DNA of 64,000 bases from Bacteroidales bacterium (GCA_045592965.1 JAZNVS010000005.1:158-64157), one strand, 5' to 3'; counted from the first letter of the stretch, positions 37,119 through 48,501 are shown. The notes: generated from the letters alone by a model not told the origin. Translations and numbers: made by a program.

Positions 37119-37349
37119 GTTTATAGTTTAGAGTAGTTGAAAGTGAAAAGTTAAAAGTGTAAAGTTTACAAATTAAGAATTTTAAACTATACACTTTTTT
37201 TATAATTTACAATTAACTATAAAAGGTGTGTCAAAATTGTTTTTAAAAAGTCTCTTAGTTCTTATATAACATATTGGGATCTTACACATGTCTACCATAA
37301 ACTTTAAACTATAAAACTTAAAACATCAAAACTACTCTAAACTATAAAC
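37119..37349. repeat. Inverted-repeat-bounded (MITE-like) element in the clpP-clpX spacer
   Basis: Perfect 20-nt inverted repeat GTTTATAGTTTAGAGTAGTT (37119-37138) / AACTACTCTAAACTATAAAC (37330-37349). It extends inward imperfectly for ~30 nt through AAGTKWA heptamers. Confidence 0.8.
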
Positions 37350-37374
37350 CATTAACTCTAAACTAGAAAAAAGT

Positions 37375-38586
37375 ATGGCAAAAAAACAAGAAAACTTCTG
37401 CTCATTTTGTGGAAAAAGCGATAAGGAAGCTGCATTGCTTCTCTCTGGAATGTATGGTTTCATCTGCGACGAATGTATCGAACGCGGTCATATCGTGGTG
37501 CAGGAAGAACTCAAGCATCTCAAAAAAGCCAACACTCCTGACTTTAAGCTCTTGAAACCTATTGAGATAAAATCGTTTTTAGACCAGTATGTTATCGGTC
37601 AGGATGAGGCAAAGAAGATTCTTGCTGTTGCTGTTTATAATCACTACAAGCGTATCAACCAAGAACAGACTGCCGACGAGGTCGAGATTGAAAAATCGAA
37701 TATCGTCTTGGTCGGAGAGACTGGTACAGGTAAGACGCTCCTCGCCCGTTCCATTGCCAAGATGTTGAACGTGCCTTTTGCCATAGCCGACGCCACCGTC
37801 TTGACAGAAGCAGGTTATGTTGGTGAAGACGTTGAGAATATCTTAGTCAAGTTATTACAAGCAGCCGACTACGACGTTGCTGCTGCTGAGAGAGGCATAG
37901 TCTTCATCGACGAGATCGACAAGATAGCGCGTAAGAGCGACAACCCGAGTATCACCCGCGACGTCTCTGGTGAAGGCGTGCAACAAGCCATGCTGAAACT
38001 CCTCGAAGGAACGGTAGTCAACGTGCCACCACAAGGAGGACGCAAGCATCCTGAACAGAAGATGATTCAAGTCAACACAAAGAATATACTCTTCATAGCA
38101 GGCGGCGCCTTCGACGGAATAGATAAGATTATCGCTAACAGAGTGGGAAGCAACGCTATCGGTTATGGCAGCGACAATAAGAAACAGATAGACAAAGACA
38201 ATCTGTTACAATACATCTCCCCTGCCGACATCAAGAAATTCGGTCTTATCCCTGAGATAGTTGGTCGTTTTCCTATATTGACATTCCTCAACCCATTAGA
38301 CAGAGATACCTTGAAACGCATTATCAAGGAGCCTAAGAACGCTATTCTGAAACAGTTCACCAAATTGTTCGAGATGGACGAGATTAAATTAGAGATGAAA
38401 GAAGAAGTCTTAGATTTCATCGTCGACAAAAGCATTGAGTTCAAACTCGGAGCTCGTGGTTTGAGAGCCATCATGGAAGCTATCCTAAACGACGCCATGT
38501 ACGAGATGCCTTCGAGCGACAAGAAGAAACTCACCGTCGATCGCAAATACGCAGAAGGAAAAGTTACCAAGATACTAACTTGCTAA
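37375..38586 (+). CDS. clpX: ATP-dependent Clp protease ATP-binding subunit ClpX
   Basis: 403 aa with an N-terminal zinc finger (CSFCGK...CDEC) and Walker A GETGTGKT. Confidence 0.95.
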   Translation: MAKKQENFCSFCGKSDKEAALLLSGMYGFICDECIERGHIVVQEELKHLKKANTPDFKLLKPIEIKSFLDQYVIGQDEAKKILAVAVYNHYKRINQEQTADEVEIEKSNIVLVGETGTGKTLLARSIAKMLNVPFAIADATVLTEAGYVGEDVENILVKLLQAADYDVAAAERGIVFIDEIDKIARKSDNPSITRDVSGEGVQQAMLKLLEGTVVNVPPQGGRKHPEQKMIQVNTKNILFIAGGAFDGIDKIIANRVGSNAIGYGSDNKKQIDKDNLLQYISPADIKKFGLIPEIVGRFPILTFLNPLDRDTLKRIIKEPKNAILKQFTKLFEMDEIKLEMKEEVLDFIVDKSIEFKLGARGLRAIMEAILNDAMYEMPSSDKKKLTVDRKYAEGKVTKILTC

Positions 38587-38595
38587 GTTACTGAG

Positions 38596-38652
38596 GTTGA
38601 GACGAATCAGTTACATAGTATTATTTTTTCGGTGTAATTGATACGTCTCAAC
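38596..38652. repeat. AGACG...CGTCT hairpin element (terminator-like), copy E4
   Basis: Arms GTTGAGACGAATCAGTTACA (38596-38615) and TGTAATTGATACGTCTCAAC (38633-38652). 20 bp with 2 mismatches and a 17-nt T-rich loop. Lies between convergent clpX and the sugar transferase gene. Confidence 0.8.
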
Positions 38653-38684
38653 ATGAAATTTCCATATCCTCAAACTCTGAGTTT

Positions 38685-40112
38685 TCACTTCCCTCTTCCT
38701 TGAAGCACTATCAAGACTGTGTATATCAATATCTTGATGTCAAGGGCCAAATTCATATTCTCTATGTATAAGATGTCGTATTTAAGTCGTTCCACCATCT
38801 CTTCTACGTTGGATGCATAGCCGAACTTCACTTCTCCCCAACTAGTGATGCCTGGTTTTATCTTAAGGAGCATGATGTAATGCGGCGCTCTCTGCACTAT
38901 CTGGTCGATGTAGAACTGACGTTCTGGGCGATAACCCACTATTGACATCTTACCTCCGAGAACAGTGAAGAACTGCGGTATCTCATCGAGACGCGTCTTA
39001 CGCATAAAACGTCCCCAAGGAGTGATACGAGGGTCGTTGTCTTTCGAGAGCTGCGGTCCCATTTTCTCAGCATCGACATACATACTTCTAAACTTCAACA
39101 TATTGAAAGGCTTGCCGTGTTTTCCTATTCTCTCCTGGCGGTAGAATATCGGTCCTGGAGAAGAGAACTTCACCATGAGAGCTGTGAAAACATATAAAGG
39201 TGAGAATATTATTATCACCATAAGAGAAGCGACGATGTCGAAGACGCGTTTTGCTACTTGTTGCCATACAGGCATCAGTTCAGGTGTCACCCTTATGAGA
39301 GGAGCATGCCATATAGCCTCTTGTTTGACAGTTCCGAAAATAATATCCTGCATGATAGGTATTATCTTAACGACGACGTCGAGGCTTTCTAAGATAACCA
39401 ATATCTTATCTATCGTCTCTATCTCAGAACGTTCTATCGCGATGATAACTTCTTCAACGTCGTGTTCTTTGATAATCTTAGCAGCGTCTTTGTAGAAGCC
39501 GAGATGAGGAACATATTTCTCCATCTTATATTCTTTTCTGTCGAAGACATTGACAAATCCCACGACAATATTTCCTGAAGAATACATCTGATTCTCCATC
39601 TCTTCATATATTGCGCAGGCATTTTCATTACTGCCGAAGATGAGAGTGTTAAAACCGATTTCCTTTCTATGAATCTTCCTTGCTGTTCTTGTAGTAATGA
39701 CAAGACGGCACAGATATGTCAAGGTAAACTGTAATCCGAAGAGCATCAAGAAAGAAATATAATATGATTTATAAGAAGTTATCACATCGTCGATAATAGT
39801 TACAAAGAACAATATCACCACGCCGATGAGTACCACGAAGAAAGTCTGTCCTAATTCTTTAAGTCGTGACTTGCTGAAGACGTTGTTATAATAACCTGAT
39901 ATTGTGTAGAGTGCGAGCCAGAAGACGGGCACGCATATCACGCCCAATATAAATTTAAAGTCATGAAACATCAGGTTATAATGCTCCATGAAATAAGGGT
40001 CTTCGTTATATTTTCTAAAGGAGAAAAAGAGTGTCCATGCCACCAGCGCACATAACCAGTCGCTGACTACATACTTCAATGTTTGCTTTTTCTTATTGTT
40101 TTTTCTAGTCAC
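38685..40112 (-). CDS. Polyprenyl glycosylphosphotransferase (WbaP/WcaJ-like initiating sugar transferase)
   Basis: 475 aa with N-terminal TM helices and the C-terminal bacterial sugar transferase domain (KRVFDIVASL..., PGPIFYRQERIG, FRSM, RLDEIPQ). Confidence 0.85.
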   Translation of the reverse strand: MTRKNNKKKQTLKYVVSDWLCALVAWTLFFSFRKYNEDPYFMEHYNLMFHDFKFILGVICVPVFWLALYTISGYYNNVFSKSRLKELGQTFFVVLIGVVILFFVTIIDDVITSYKSYYISFLMLFGLQFTLTYLCRLVITTRTARKIHRKEIGFNTLIFGSNENACAIYEEMENQMYSSGNIVVGFVNVFDRKEYKMEKYVPHLGFYKDAAKIIKEHDVEEVIIAIERSEIETIDKILVILESLDVVVKIIPIMQDIIFGTVKQEAIWHAPLIRVTPELMPVWQQVAKRVFDIVASLMVIIIFSPLYVFTALMVKFSSPGPIFYRQERIGKHGKPFNMLKFRSMYVDAEKMGPQLSKDNDPRITPWGRFMRKTRLDEIPQFFTVLGGKMSIVGYRPERQFYIDQIVQRAPHYIMLLKIKPGITSWGEVKFGYASNVEEMVERLKYDILYIENMNLALDIKILIYTVLIVLQGRGK

Positions 40113-41016
40113 GATAAACGAGTTTTATGTTATCAAAATAATATTCTGCATCTTTTCCAGCATCGACTCTACCGGCGATATAGAATTTAAAATATTCAGC
40201 CTCTTGAGTGTCGGTGATACTAGGTCCGAGGTTGATATAGATTTTGTTCCATCTGTCAGGAGAAGGATTTACATAGACCAGAGGCATATATTCCTCGCCG
40301 CTGATATATGCGAAGAGGCCTACTTCGAAAAGTTCGTTGGTCTTATAGTCTATTTCCAAGAACACGCTGTTGCCTTGGTTTGGCAAGTCGTAATAAGCCT
40401 CTGAAGTGATGCAGAAATTATTCAGAGTATCGGTATCAGTTGTACCAATCCACACATAACCAGAGTAATGTGAGTTGTTAAAGGCATCGTTCCAGATACC
40501 AGGAGCGTCTCGCTCAGTTCTCGTTATCGTTGTATCGCTGTCGCTTGTCTCTTCCAGCATAACCTGACGCTCGAAGTCTTCTATAAATCTGAAGTTAATA
40601 TCGCTATCGTTTGCCGAATAGTATGTGGTTGTCGGGCGTAGAGTATCTATCTCTTTTTCTTTCAACTCAACATTTTCAATAATATAAGGTTGATAGAAAG
40701 GGTTATAGGTTCTCGTGGAGCTGTTTCCATTAAGTTTGATTCCTGGGTATAATGTCACTTTATGATTGCCTTTTTTCAAGACAGGTATCGTAGCAGGCAT
40801 TTCATAACAACCTAAGAGATTATCGTCGATATAAAGCCACACATCGGTGATTTTATGTGAGGCTGCGCCTTCGACGGGATAATTTGTTGTTAATAAGAAC
40901 GTATCAACGTGGATGTATGCAGGTATTTCCTGACTGCCTTGGAAACTGTTGCATGAGAATGTCATCATCATGAACGCTGCGATGAGACAATAATAGAAGC
41001 AACGTGATTTTTTCAT
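40105..41016 (-). CDS. Hypothetical lipoprotein
   Basis: 303 aa with lipobox MMTFSC. Its stop overlaps the start of the downstream sugar transferase gene by 8 nt. I recognise no family. Confidence 0.5.
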   Translation of the reverse strand: MKKSRCFYYCLIAAFMMMTFSCNSFQGSQEIPAYIHVDTFLLTTNYPVEGAASHKITDVWLYIDDNLLGCYEMPATIPVLKKGNHKVTLYPGIKLNGNSSTRTYNPFYQPYIIENVELKEKEIDTLRPTTTYYSANDSDINFRFIEDFERQVMLEETSDSDTTITRTERDAPGIWNDAFNNSHYSGYVWIGTTDTDTLNNFCITSEAYYDLPNQGNSVFLEIDYKTNELFEVGLFAYISGEEYMPLVYVNPSPDRWNKIYINLGPSITDTQEAEYFKFYIAGRVDAGKDAEYYFDNIKLVYRD

Positions 41017-41055
41017 ATTCTTAGATTTTATAAAATGAACGTGACAAGAAATAAT

Positions 41056-42060
41056 TTATTGTTTACTTAAGAGATGATTTTGCACTATTTTCTGATTACG
41101 GGCTATCTCGTCAAGAATCATATAACAGACCTTCAGAGCATAGACGCCGTCGTATATTGTAACGCTTGGTTCTGAGTTATTTATTATAGCATTATGGAAG
41201 CTTTCCAACTCTGTCATTATTGAGTTTATAGGCTTCACTTCTGGTTGGTCTATCGTTATCTGTTTGCAAGAGCCGTCAGCGAGGTCTATCGTCATTGCCA
41301 AAGGGTCTGGCGTTCCTTCTACGTCATGGATTCTCACTATGTCGGTTTTTTTATCGAGGAAATCCACTGTGATATAAGCGTCTTTCTGAAAAATACGATG
41401 GCGACGCATGTTTTTCAGGGAGATACGACTTGCTGTCAGATTAGCCACCGAGCCGTTTTCAAATTCTATGCGAGCGTTGGTGATGTCAGGTGTCAGGCTC
41501 ACGATGGATACTCCGCTGACACTGACATTCTTTATCGGAGATTTTATGATATCCAAGATTATGTCGATGTCGTGAACCATAAGGTCGAGCACCACTGGGA
41601 CATCTGTACCGCGAGGGTTGAAGATGGCGAGACGATGAGCCTCGACAAAGAGAGGAGCATTGATATAAGGACGAGCTGCGATATAGGCTGGGTTAAATCT
41701 CTCCACATGACCCACCTGCACCTTAACCTTTGCTTCATCAGCCAATTCAATGAGACGGTTAGCCTCATCAACAGTAGCGACTATAGGTTTCTCAATAAAG
41801 ACATGTTTACCTTTCTTCAAAGCTAAAGAGGCACATTCAAAATGAGAGATTGTCGGAGTGACAATATCAACCACATCGACAGCATCGACGAGTTCTTCGA
41901 TAGACGGAAAACGCTTCACCTCCATGTCACGCGACACTTTATCAGCGGTGTTTTCATCTTGATCATAAAAACCTACGAGTTCATAAACAGACAATTGTTT
42001 TATGCAATTGATATGTATCTTTCCGAGGTGACCTGCACCCAAAACTCCTATCTTCAACAT
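41056..42060 (-). CDS. Gfo/Idh/MocA-family NAD(P)-dependent oxidoreductase
   Basis: ORF track 41056..42237. The likely start is MLKIGVLGAGHLGKIH (Rossmann motif) at 42060. The longer form would overlap pcm and the shared promoter region. Confidence 0.8.
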   Translation of the reverse strand: MLKIGVLGAGHLGKIHINCIKQLSVYELVGFYDQDENTADKVSRDMEVKRFPSIEELVDAVDVVDIVTPTISHFECASLALKKGKHVFIEKPIVATVDEANRLIELADEAKVKVQVGHVERFNPAYIAARPYINAPLFVEAHRLAIFNPRGTDVPVVLDLMVHDIDIILDIIKSPIKNVSVSGVSIVSLTPDITNARIEFENGSVANLTASRISLKNMRRHRIFQKDAYITVDFLDKKTDIVRIHDVEGTPDPLAMTIDLADGSCKQITIDQPEVKPINSIMTELESFHNAIINNSEPSVTIYDGVYALKVCYMILDEIARNQKIVQNHLLSKQ

Positions 42061-42075
42061 TACAATATTTTTTCG

Positions 42076-42083
42076 CAAATATA
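42076..42083 (-). promoter_or_regulatory. Bacteroidota -7 promoter box (TATATTTG) upstream of the oxidoreductase gene
   Basis: TAnnTTTG on the minus strand, 16 nt upstream of the ATG at 42060. This supports the shorter start. Confidence 0.5.
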
Positions 42084-42120
42084 AGCTTTTTTTGTAACTT
42101 CGCGAAATAAAAAACGAACG

Positions 42121-42774
42121 ATGCAGGAAGATAATTACAGACATAAAGGCATGAGAAGAAATTTGGTGGAAGAGCTTCGCAACAAAGGCATTACAGACGA
42201 GAATGTGCTTAATGCCATCAATAATGTCCCTCGTCATGTTTTCTTAGATTCTTCGTTCGTGGAGTTCGCCTATCAGGACAAGGCCTTTCCTATCGGATCT
42301 GGACAGACTATCTCGCAGCCATTCACAGTGGCGTTTCAAACGAGCCTGCTGGAGATACAGAAAAACATGAAGGTTCTGGAAATAGGAACTGGTTCCGGTT
42401 ATCAAGCCTGTGTCTTGGCAGAGATGGGAGCCAAGGTCTTCAGCATAGAACGTCAGAGAAAACTTTATATGAAAACGAAATCTTTTCTGGCGGAATTTCC
42501 TTATCGCATCAAGACATTCCTCGGCGACGGAAACAAGGGACTTCCTACATACGGTCCTTTCGACAGAGTAATCATCACAGCAGCAGCGCCTGAAACACCT
42601 CAAAACCTCGTCGAACAACTTAAAGTCGGAGGAATGATGGTGATACCTTTAAGTGAAAATGAAGAATGCCAGACTATGCTCAGACTCACCAAGCAAGAAG
42701 ACGGCAGCATGAAAAGAGAAACTTACGGCGACTTCAGATTCGTGCCCATGCTCAAAGGTGTTGGTGACGATTGA
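42121..42774 (+). CDS. pcm: Protein-L-isoaspartate O-methyltransferase
   Basis: 217 aa: VPRHVFL, GQTISQP, LEIGTGSGYQ. Confidence 0.9.
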   Translation: MQEDNYRHKGMRRNLVEELRNKGITDENVLNAINNVPRHVFLDSSFVEFAYQDKAFPIGSGQTISQPFTVAFQTSLLEIQKNMKVLEIGTGSGYQACVLAEMGAKVFSIERQRKLYMKTKSFLAEFPYRIKTFLGDGNKGLPTYGPFDRVIITAAAPETPQNLVEQLKVGGMMVIPLSENEECQTMLRLTKQEDGSMKRETYGDFRFVPMLKGVGDD

Positions 42775-42865
42775 TTAGAATCTGAAAAGAAAATTAGAGA
42801 TAATTTCGTCACACGTCCATGTAACTCTACAAGATATTATCATAGCAGCTCTGAATCTTAGCGAC

Positions 42866-43534
42866 TTAGCAACTCTTAATTCCAAATCTTATATATTTTA
42901 TCGTCAAGCCTTTATTTAACCATATTTGTTCGTAATATGTTCTTATCTTCTTGACTTCTAAATCATCGTCGTTGTTATATAGATTATCGTAGTTATAATA
43001 TATTGGATAATTAGCTTCTTTGGCTGTCTCCACAGTAAATTCGTACATAAGGTCGCTGTCGGTCTTAAGGTTGACGACACCGTCTTCTTTCAAGAACTTA
43101 CGGTAACGTTCCAGGAAGTTAGGTCCTGTCAGACGTTTGCGAGCTTTTGATGGCTGAGGGTCCGGAAAAGTAACCCAAATCTCATCCACTTCATTTTCTG
43201 CGAAGAAGTTGTCGATGAGTTCGATATGAGTTCTGAGGAAGGCCACATTGGTCAAGCCTTCGTTGCGTGCTGCACATAAACCAACCCACATACGCGAGCC
43301 TTTAATATCGACACCTATGTAATTAACGTCTCTATGCTCGCGTGCAAGTCCTACGGTGTATTCACCTTTACCGCAACCCAACTCCAACACTATCGGATTG
43401 TCGTTCTTGAAGAATTCCTGTCTCCATCTGCCTTTTAATGGAAAACCTTCTGTCTTGATTCTCTCAAAAGAATATTCAAAAAGATTATTGAATGTTTTGT
43501 TCTCTGCAAATCGTTCTAACTTATTCTTACCCAT
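42866..43534 (-). CDS. trmB: tRNA (guanine46-N7)-methyltransferase
   Basis: 222 aa: LELGCGKGEYT, FPDPQPSKARKRL. Confidence 0.9.
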   Translation of the reverse strand: MGKNKLERFAENKTFNNLFEYSFERIKTEGFPLKGRWRQEFFKNDNPIVLELGCGKGEYTVGLAREHRDVNYIGVDIKGSRMWVGLCAARNEGLTNVAFLRTHIELIDNFFAENEVDEIWVTFPDPQPSKARKRLTGPNFLERYRKFLKEDGVVNLKTDSDLMYEFTVETAKEANYPIYYNYDNLYNNDDDLEVKKIRTYYEQIWLNKGLTIKYIRFGIKSC

Positions 43535-43540
43535 CTTATT

Positions 43541-44680
43541 TTATTTTTGGAACAACAACCATGCTGATTCGTTATACTCTTTCTTTATTGCTTCGAGACG
43601 AATCAAGGCGTCAGATTTCTTTGCAAACGACTCGTAATAAACCCTGATGTTTCCCTTATCGTTCATCTCTAATGACGCTGCATTCTCAAAGCCTTGTCTC
43701 TTAAGACCATTGATACATTTATTAGCACTCTCCTGTGTCTTGAAAGAACCGCCAACAATATAATAATGACTTTTTTCGACTATCTCTTGCTTTTCAACTT
43801 CAACACTTATAGGAGTCACCACTTCAACTGCAGCGACCTCTTCAACTTTTACAGGTGCTTCTTCAACATCGGATGGCTTTGCCTCGTCAACAGATACAGT
43901 TAACACCTCTTCATTTACAGGAACGGTCTCCGCGATTGTGGTAGCAACTTGAGACTCAGGATTCGAAAATACAACAGATTTGTCACCAGCACGTTCCATA
44001 ACGCTCAAAAGAAACTCGTTAGGAGAAGAATACAAGAATGGATTCCAGCTTGCGAAATTGGAGTCACCTCTATCGGTGGTCCAGTTAATCACGAATATCA
44101 AGAAGAATGCTAATGTCGAATATGCTATGGTTCTAAAGAGATTTGGTTTTCTGGTGGTTACGGTTTCTGGTTTATCTTCTACGCTTTCTATAGCGATAGT
44201 GTATTCTGTGTTTTTGGCTTTCTGTTCTACGTAAATTCGCTCTTTGATAACCTGATATGTCTCAGTACGGAATACAGGTTGGATATTAAACGCATTCAAT
44301 CCGAAAGCGTCGCCGAGCATATTAATGTTTTTATTTGTTTCAAAGACGTAATTTTCACCGAATTTACGCAACTTACCGAAGCCATCTAGCTCTATCTCAG
44401 ACTCCACGTCAAGAACGGACTCGATCCGATGCACGAAGTCAATAATTTTATCGATAGATTCTTCTTTGGAAACAGACTCTTTTTTTGATATGTAATCTAC
44501 TAGAATCTCGTCATTATTCTTCAACTTATTATTGAAAACAATCTCCTTGTATGGCGGCTCAAAACGATGATTTGCGTAATCGATTGTGGCGGAGACTCTT
44601 TTAGAAATAAAAGCTCCTAATTCTGGTACGATTACACACTCATTGTCTTTCAGCAAATCTATTAAATAACTAGTTATCAT
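43541..44680 (-). CDS. HU-like N-terminal domain / SPOR C-terminal domain protein
   Basis: 379 aa. N-terminus LLKDNECVIVPELGAFISK (HU-CCDC81-like), one TM segment, and a C-terminal SPOR-like YYIVGGSFKTQESANKCINGLKRQGF. Confidence 0.65.
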   Translation of the reverse strand: MITSYLIDLLKDNECVIVPELGAFISKRVSATIDYANHRFEPPYKEIVFNNKLKNNDEILVDYISKKESVSKEESIDKIIDFVHRIESVLDVESEIELDGFGKLRKFGENYVFETNKNINMLGDAFGLNAFNIQPVFRTETYQVIKERIYVEQKAKNTEYTIAIESVEDKPETVTTRKPNLFRTIAYSTLAFFLIFVINWTTDRGDSNFASWNPFLYSSPNEFLLSVMERAGDKSVVFSNPESQVATTIAETVPVNEEVLTVSVDEAKPSDVEEAPVKVEEVAAVEVVTPISVEVEKQEIVEKSHYYIVGGSFKTQESANKCINGLKRQGFENAASLEMNDKGNIRVYYESFAKKSDALIRLEAIKKEYNESAWLLFQK

Positions 44681-44737
44681 ACAATTAGAAATTTTCAGTA
44701 ATAAATTATTTCGGTTCGCGAAGTTAAGAAAAATAGT

Positions 44738-45487
44738 TTAATCTTTGAAGAATTTAAGACATTTTTCTACATCTTGCGGTGTATCAATTGAATAACTTTC
44801 AAATTCTGTCACACCCATTTTTATATTGAACGAATTTTCGAGCCAGCGGAGTTGTTCGAGGCACTCTGAGAGCTCGAGACTCGACTGTGGAAGCTTTGCG
44901 ATTTGCTTTAAGACATCGACTTTGTAAGCATATATTCCTATGTGTTTATAAAAGCATCTCGCCTTCATCCATGCCGCCGCATTTTTCTCTTCCTTTCTCA
45001 TAAACGGTATCGTCTGTCGACTGAAATACAAGGCTTTATGATTCATATCGAAAACCACCTTCACCACATTCTCATCAAAGAGTTCGTCTTCATCTTTGAT
45101 TGGTTTACATAGCGAAGCTATATGACTGTCTTCCAAAGAAATGAGCTGTGCCATCTGATTTATCTGTTCTGGGTTAATGAAAGGCTCATCACCTTGTATA
45201 TTAACGACAGCATCGAAATGTGTATCAATATTTTCTACAATCTCGCAGCATCTGTCGGTGCCGCTGTTATGCTCCGACGATGTCATCATCACCTTACCTC
45301 CGAACTTCATCACAGCGTCGAAGATTCGCTGGTCGTCGGTTGCTACAATCACATCGGCGAGCAGGTCGGCTTTCAGCGACTGTTCATAGACGCGTTGTAT
45401 CATCGTTTTTCCGTTTATCATTGTCAGAGGCTTTCCCGGAAAACGCGTCGAGGCATAACGTGCCGGTATAATTCCTAATATTCTCAT
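44738..45487 (-). CDS. kdsB: 3-deoxy-manno-octulosonate cytidylyltransferase
   Basis: 249 aa: GIIPARYASTRFPGKPL, NIQGDEP. Confidence 0.9.
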   Translation of the reverse strand: MRILGIIPARYASTRFPGKPLTMINGKTMIQRVYEQSLKADLLADVIVATDDQRIFDAVMKFGGKVMMTSSEHNSGTDRCCEIVENIDTHFDAVVNIQGDEPFINPEQINQMAQLISLEDSHIASLCKPIKDEDELFDENVVKVVFDMNHKALYFSRQTIPFMRKEEKNAAAWMKARCFYKHIGIYAYKVDVLKQIAKLPQSSLELSECLEQLRWLENSFNIKMGVTEFESYSIDTPQDVEKCLKFFKD

Positions 45488-45505
45488 ATAGTTTAGATAC
45501 TCCGT

Positions 45506-45533
45506 AATTGTTAATTGTTAGTTGTAAATTCAA
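45506..45533. repeat. Heptanucleotide repeat (AATTGTT-type) x4
   Basis: AATTGTT AATTGTT AGTTGTA AATTCAA, between the kdsB start and the deoxynucleoside kinase stop. Confidence 0.7.
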
Positions 45534-46141
45534 AAAAGTCCATTCAACGAAGCGTTGATGTCATCTATAACCTTACTGAGGTCTTCTGGATTTTCAAACT
45601 CTATCTTATCGCTTTCAATAATAAGGACTTTTCCCTTGTCGTAAGAGGATATCCAGTTCTCGTATTTCTCATTAAGCGACTTAAGATAATCCAAACGTAT
45701 CGACTGTTCATAGTCGCGATTTCGTTTTGCTATTTGTCTAACAAGCGTTGGTATTGAAGCTCTTAAGTATATGAGCAAATCAGGAGCTTGCATATAAGAG
45801 CTCATCAAATCGAACAAGGAGTAATAGTTTTCAAAGTCGCGCGACGACATCAACCCCATCTCGTAGAGGTTAGCAGCGAAGATATAAGCGTCTTCATAAA
45901 TCGTTCTGTCTTGAACGACATTTTCTCCGCTGTTGCGGATTTCTAATATCTGACGGAATCTGCTGGTAAGAAAATATATTTGCAGATTAAAAGACCAACG
46001 CTGCATGTCATCGTAGAAACTGCTTATATAAGGATTGTTATCGACTTCCTCATAATGAGGCTTCCATCCAAAATGTTTTGACAACAAATGAGTTAAAGTG
46101 GTCTTACCTGAACCTATGTTACCTGCTATTGCTATATGCAT
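45530..46141 (-). CDS. Deoxynucleoside kinase
   Basis: 203 aa with P-loop IAGNIGSGKTT and the dNK family pattern (QDRTIYED). Confidence 0.85.
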   Translation of the reverse strand: MHIAIAGNIGSGKTTLTHLLSKHFGWKPHYEEVDNNPYISSFYDDMQRWSFNLQIYFLTSRFRQILEIRNSGENVVQDRTIYEDAYIFAANLYEMGLMSSRDFENYYSLFDLMSSYMQAPDLLIYLRASIPTLVRQIAKRNRDYEQSIRLDYLKSLNEKYENWISSYDKGKVLIIESDKIEFENPEDLSKVIDDINASLNGLF

Positions 46142-46172
46142 GACAAAAAATATTTTTCTGCTAAGATAAGAA

Positions 46173-46207
46173 AAATTAACAATTTACAATGTACAATTTA
46201 CGATTTT
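46173..46207. repeat. Heptanucleotide repeat (AATTAAC/AATTTAC/AATGTAC...) x5
   Basis: Five 7-nt units between the lptF/G-like stop and the kinase start. Confidence 0.7.
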
Positions 46208-46241
46208 ATTCAAATCTCACCTAACAACTTTTAATTGTCAA

Positions 46242-47315
46242 TTATTTCGGTGCTTTCACCAAGAAATATATACCTACGACAGAAAATAGTATGTTGGGGA
46301 ACCATGCTGCGAGCAATGGAGAAAACGCACCTGAGAGGGCGAACACCCGCGAGAACTCCATAAAAAGCACGTAAGAAAACGCTATGGCGATGCCGATGCC
46401 CATATTCAGTCCTATTCCTCCGCGCACTTTCCTGCTGGAGAGTGCCACTCCTATAATAGTGAGGATAATGATTGCCACAGGCGACGCGATGCGCTTATGC
46501 ATCTCTATCTGATATGGAAGCGAGTTGTCGGCGCCTTTCAGCTCGAGACTCTTGATATGGTCTCTTATCTCAAAAAGATTCATCACCTCAAATTCCTCCT
46601 TAATGTTATAAAGATCGCGAGGCTGCAGCTTCATGATAGTGTCCATCGTCTTTCCTCTGCGCATCGTCTCACCAGGATAGAGCGAACGTTCAACATAATT
46701 GGTGAGCTTCCATGAGCCATTGATAGTGTCGAAACTAGCTTTATCGGCGATGAGTTTGTATGTCATCTCATTATTTTCAAACTTCTCCACCGAGAATTTA
46801 TAAGCTATCTTCTTTTTAATGTCGAAGTTACCCACGTAAACATAAACTCCTCTCTCAATCTGTACATGAATATTAGAGCCAGAGCTTTTCGTCAGTCGTT
46901 CTATGTATTTATCCTTAAACTCTCGTCTTACGGCATCTGTCTTAGGTATCAAGAAGTTACCCAGATAAAAAGAACCGACAGCGAGCATCAACGCGCCTAA
47001 AACATAAGGATATAACAATCTTCTAAAACTGATTCCGCTACTCAGTATGGCGATGATTTCCGTATGGCTTGCCATCTTTGAGGTGAAGAGAATCACAGAG
47101 ATGAACACGAAGAGATATATGAAGAGATTTATAAAATAAGGGATAAAAGGCACATACCAATAGAGAGCCACATCTTTGAACGTCGCCTGATTCTTTATGA
47201 AGCTATCGATATTCTCCGAGACATCGACAACAATCACAATGAGTATCAGCAGGCTTATCGAGAAGAAGAATGTTCCTATATATTTTTTTAGTATGTACCA
47301 ATCAAGTTTCTTCAT
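46242..47315 (-). CDS. LptF/LptG-family (YjgP/YjgQ) LPS export permease
   Basis: 357 aa with a six-TM pattern and a periplasmic beta-jellyroll insert. The N-terminus MKKLDWYILKKYIGTFFF is typical of the family. Confidence 0.8.
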   Translation of the reverse strand: MKKLDWYILKKYIGTFFFSISLLILIVIVVDVSENIDSFIKNQATFKDVALYWYVPFIPYFINLFIYLFVFISVILFTSKMASHTEIIAILSSGISFRRLLYPYVLGALMLAVGSFYLGNFLIPKTDAVRREFKDKYIERLTKSSGSNIHVQIERGVYVYVGNFDIKKKIAYKFSVEKFENNEMTYKLIADKASFDTINGSWKLTNYVERSLYPGETMRRGKTMDTIMKLQPRDLYNIKEEFEVMNLFEIRDHIKSLELKGADNSLPYQIEMHKRIASPVAIIILTIIGVALSSRKVRGGIGLNMGIGIAIAFSYVLFMEFSRVFALSGAFSPLLAAWFPNILFSVVGIYFLVKAPK

Positions 47316-47316
47316 G

Positions 47317-48447
<1,131 letters not shown>

Positions 48448-48460
48448 AAAATTTTTTAGG

Positions 48461-48468
48461 CAAAGATA
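48461..48468 (-). promoter_or_regulatory. Bacteroidota -7 promoter box (TATCTTTG) upstream of tgt
   Basis: TAnnTTTG on the minus strand, 14 nt upstream of the tgt ATG. Confidence 0.5.
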
Positions 48469-48493
48469 CTATTTTTTCCTGTAAAAAAATTCA

Positions 48494-48501
48494 TACTTTT
48501 G
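48494..48501 (+). promoter_or_regulatory. Bacteroidota -7 promoter box (TACTTTTG) upstream of the GT2 gene
   Basis: TAnnTTTG match 56 nt upstream of the GTG start at 48557. Confidence 0.45.

Noticed and set aside
41245-41826. 193-aa plus-strand ORF inside the Gfo/Idh/MocA oxidoreductase gene
   Set aside because: Antisense shadow ORF with no motifs.
38685-42060. Sugar transferase, lipoprotein and oxidoreductase considered as a capsule/EPS locus
   Set aside because: Only an initiating phosphotransferase is present. There is no flippase, polymerase, chain-length regulator or further glycosyltransferases in the block, which is too incomplete to call a polysaccharide locus.
42061-42237. 59-codon N-terminal extension of the oxidoreductase ORF
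   Set aside because: It would overlap the pcm start and the divergent promoter region. The Rossmann motif GVLGAGHLG follows the internal Met immediately, and a TATATTTG box lies 16 nt upstream of that Met.
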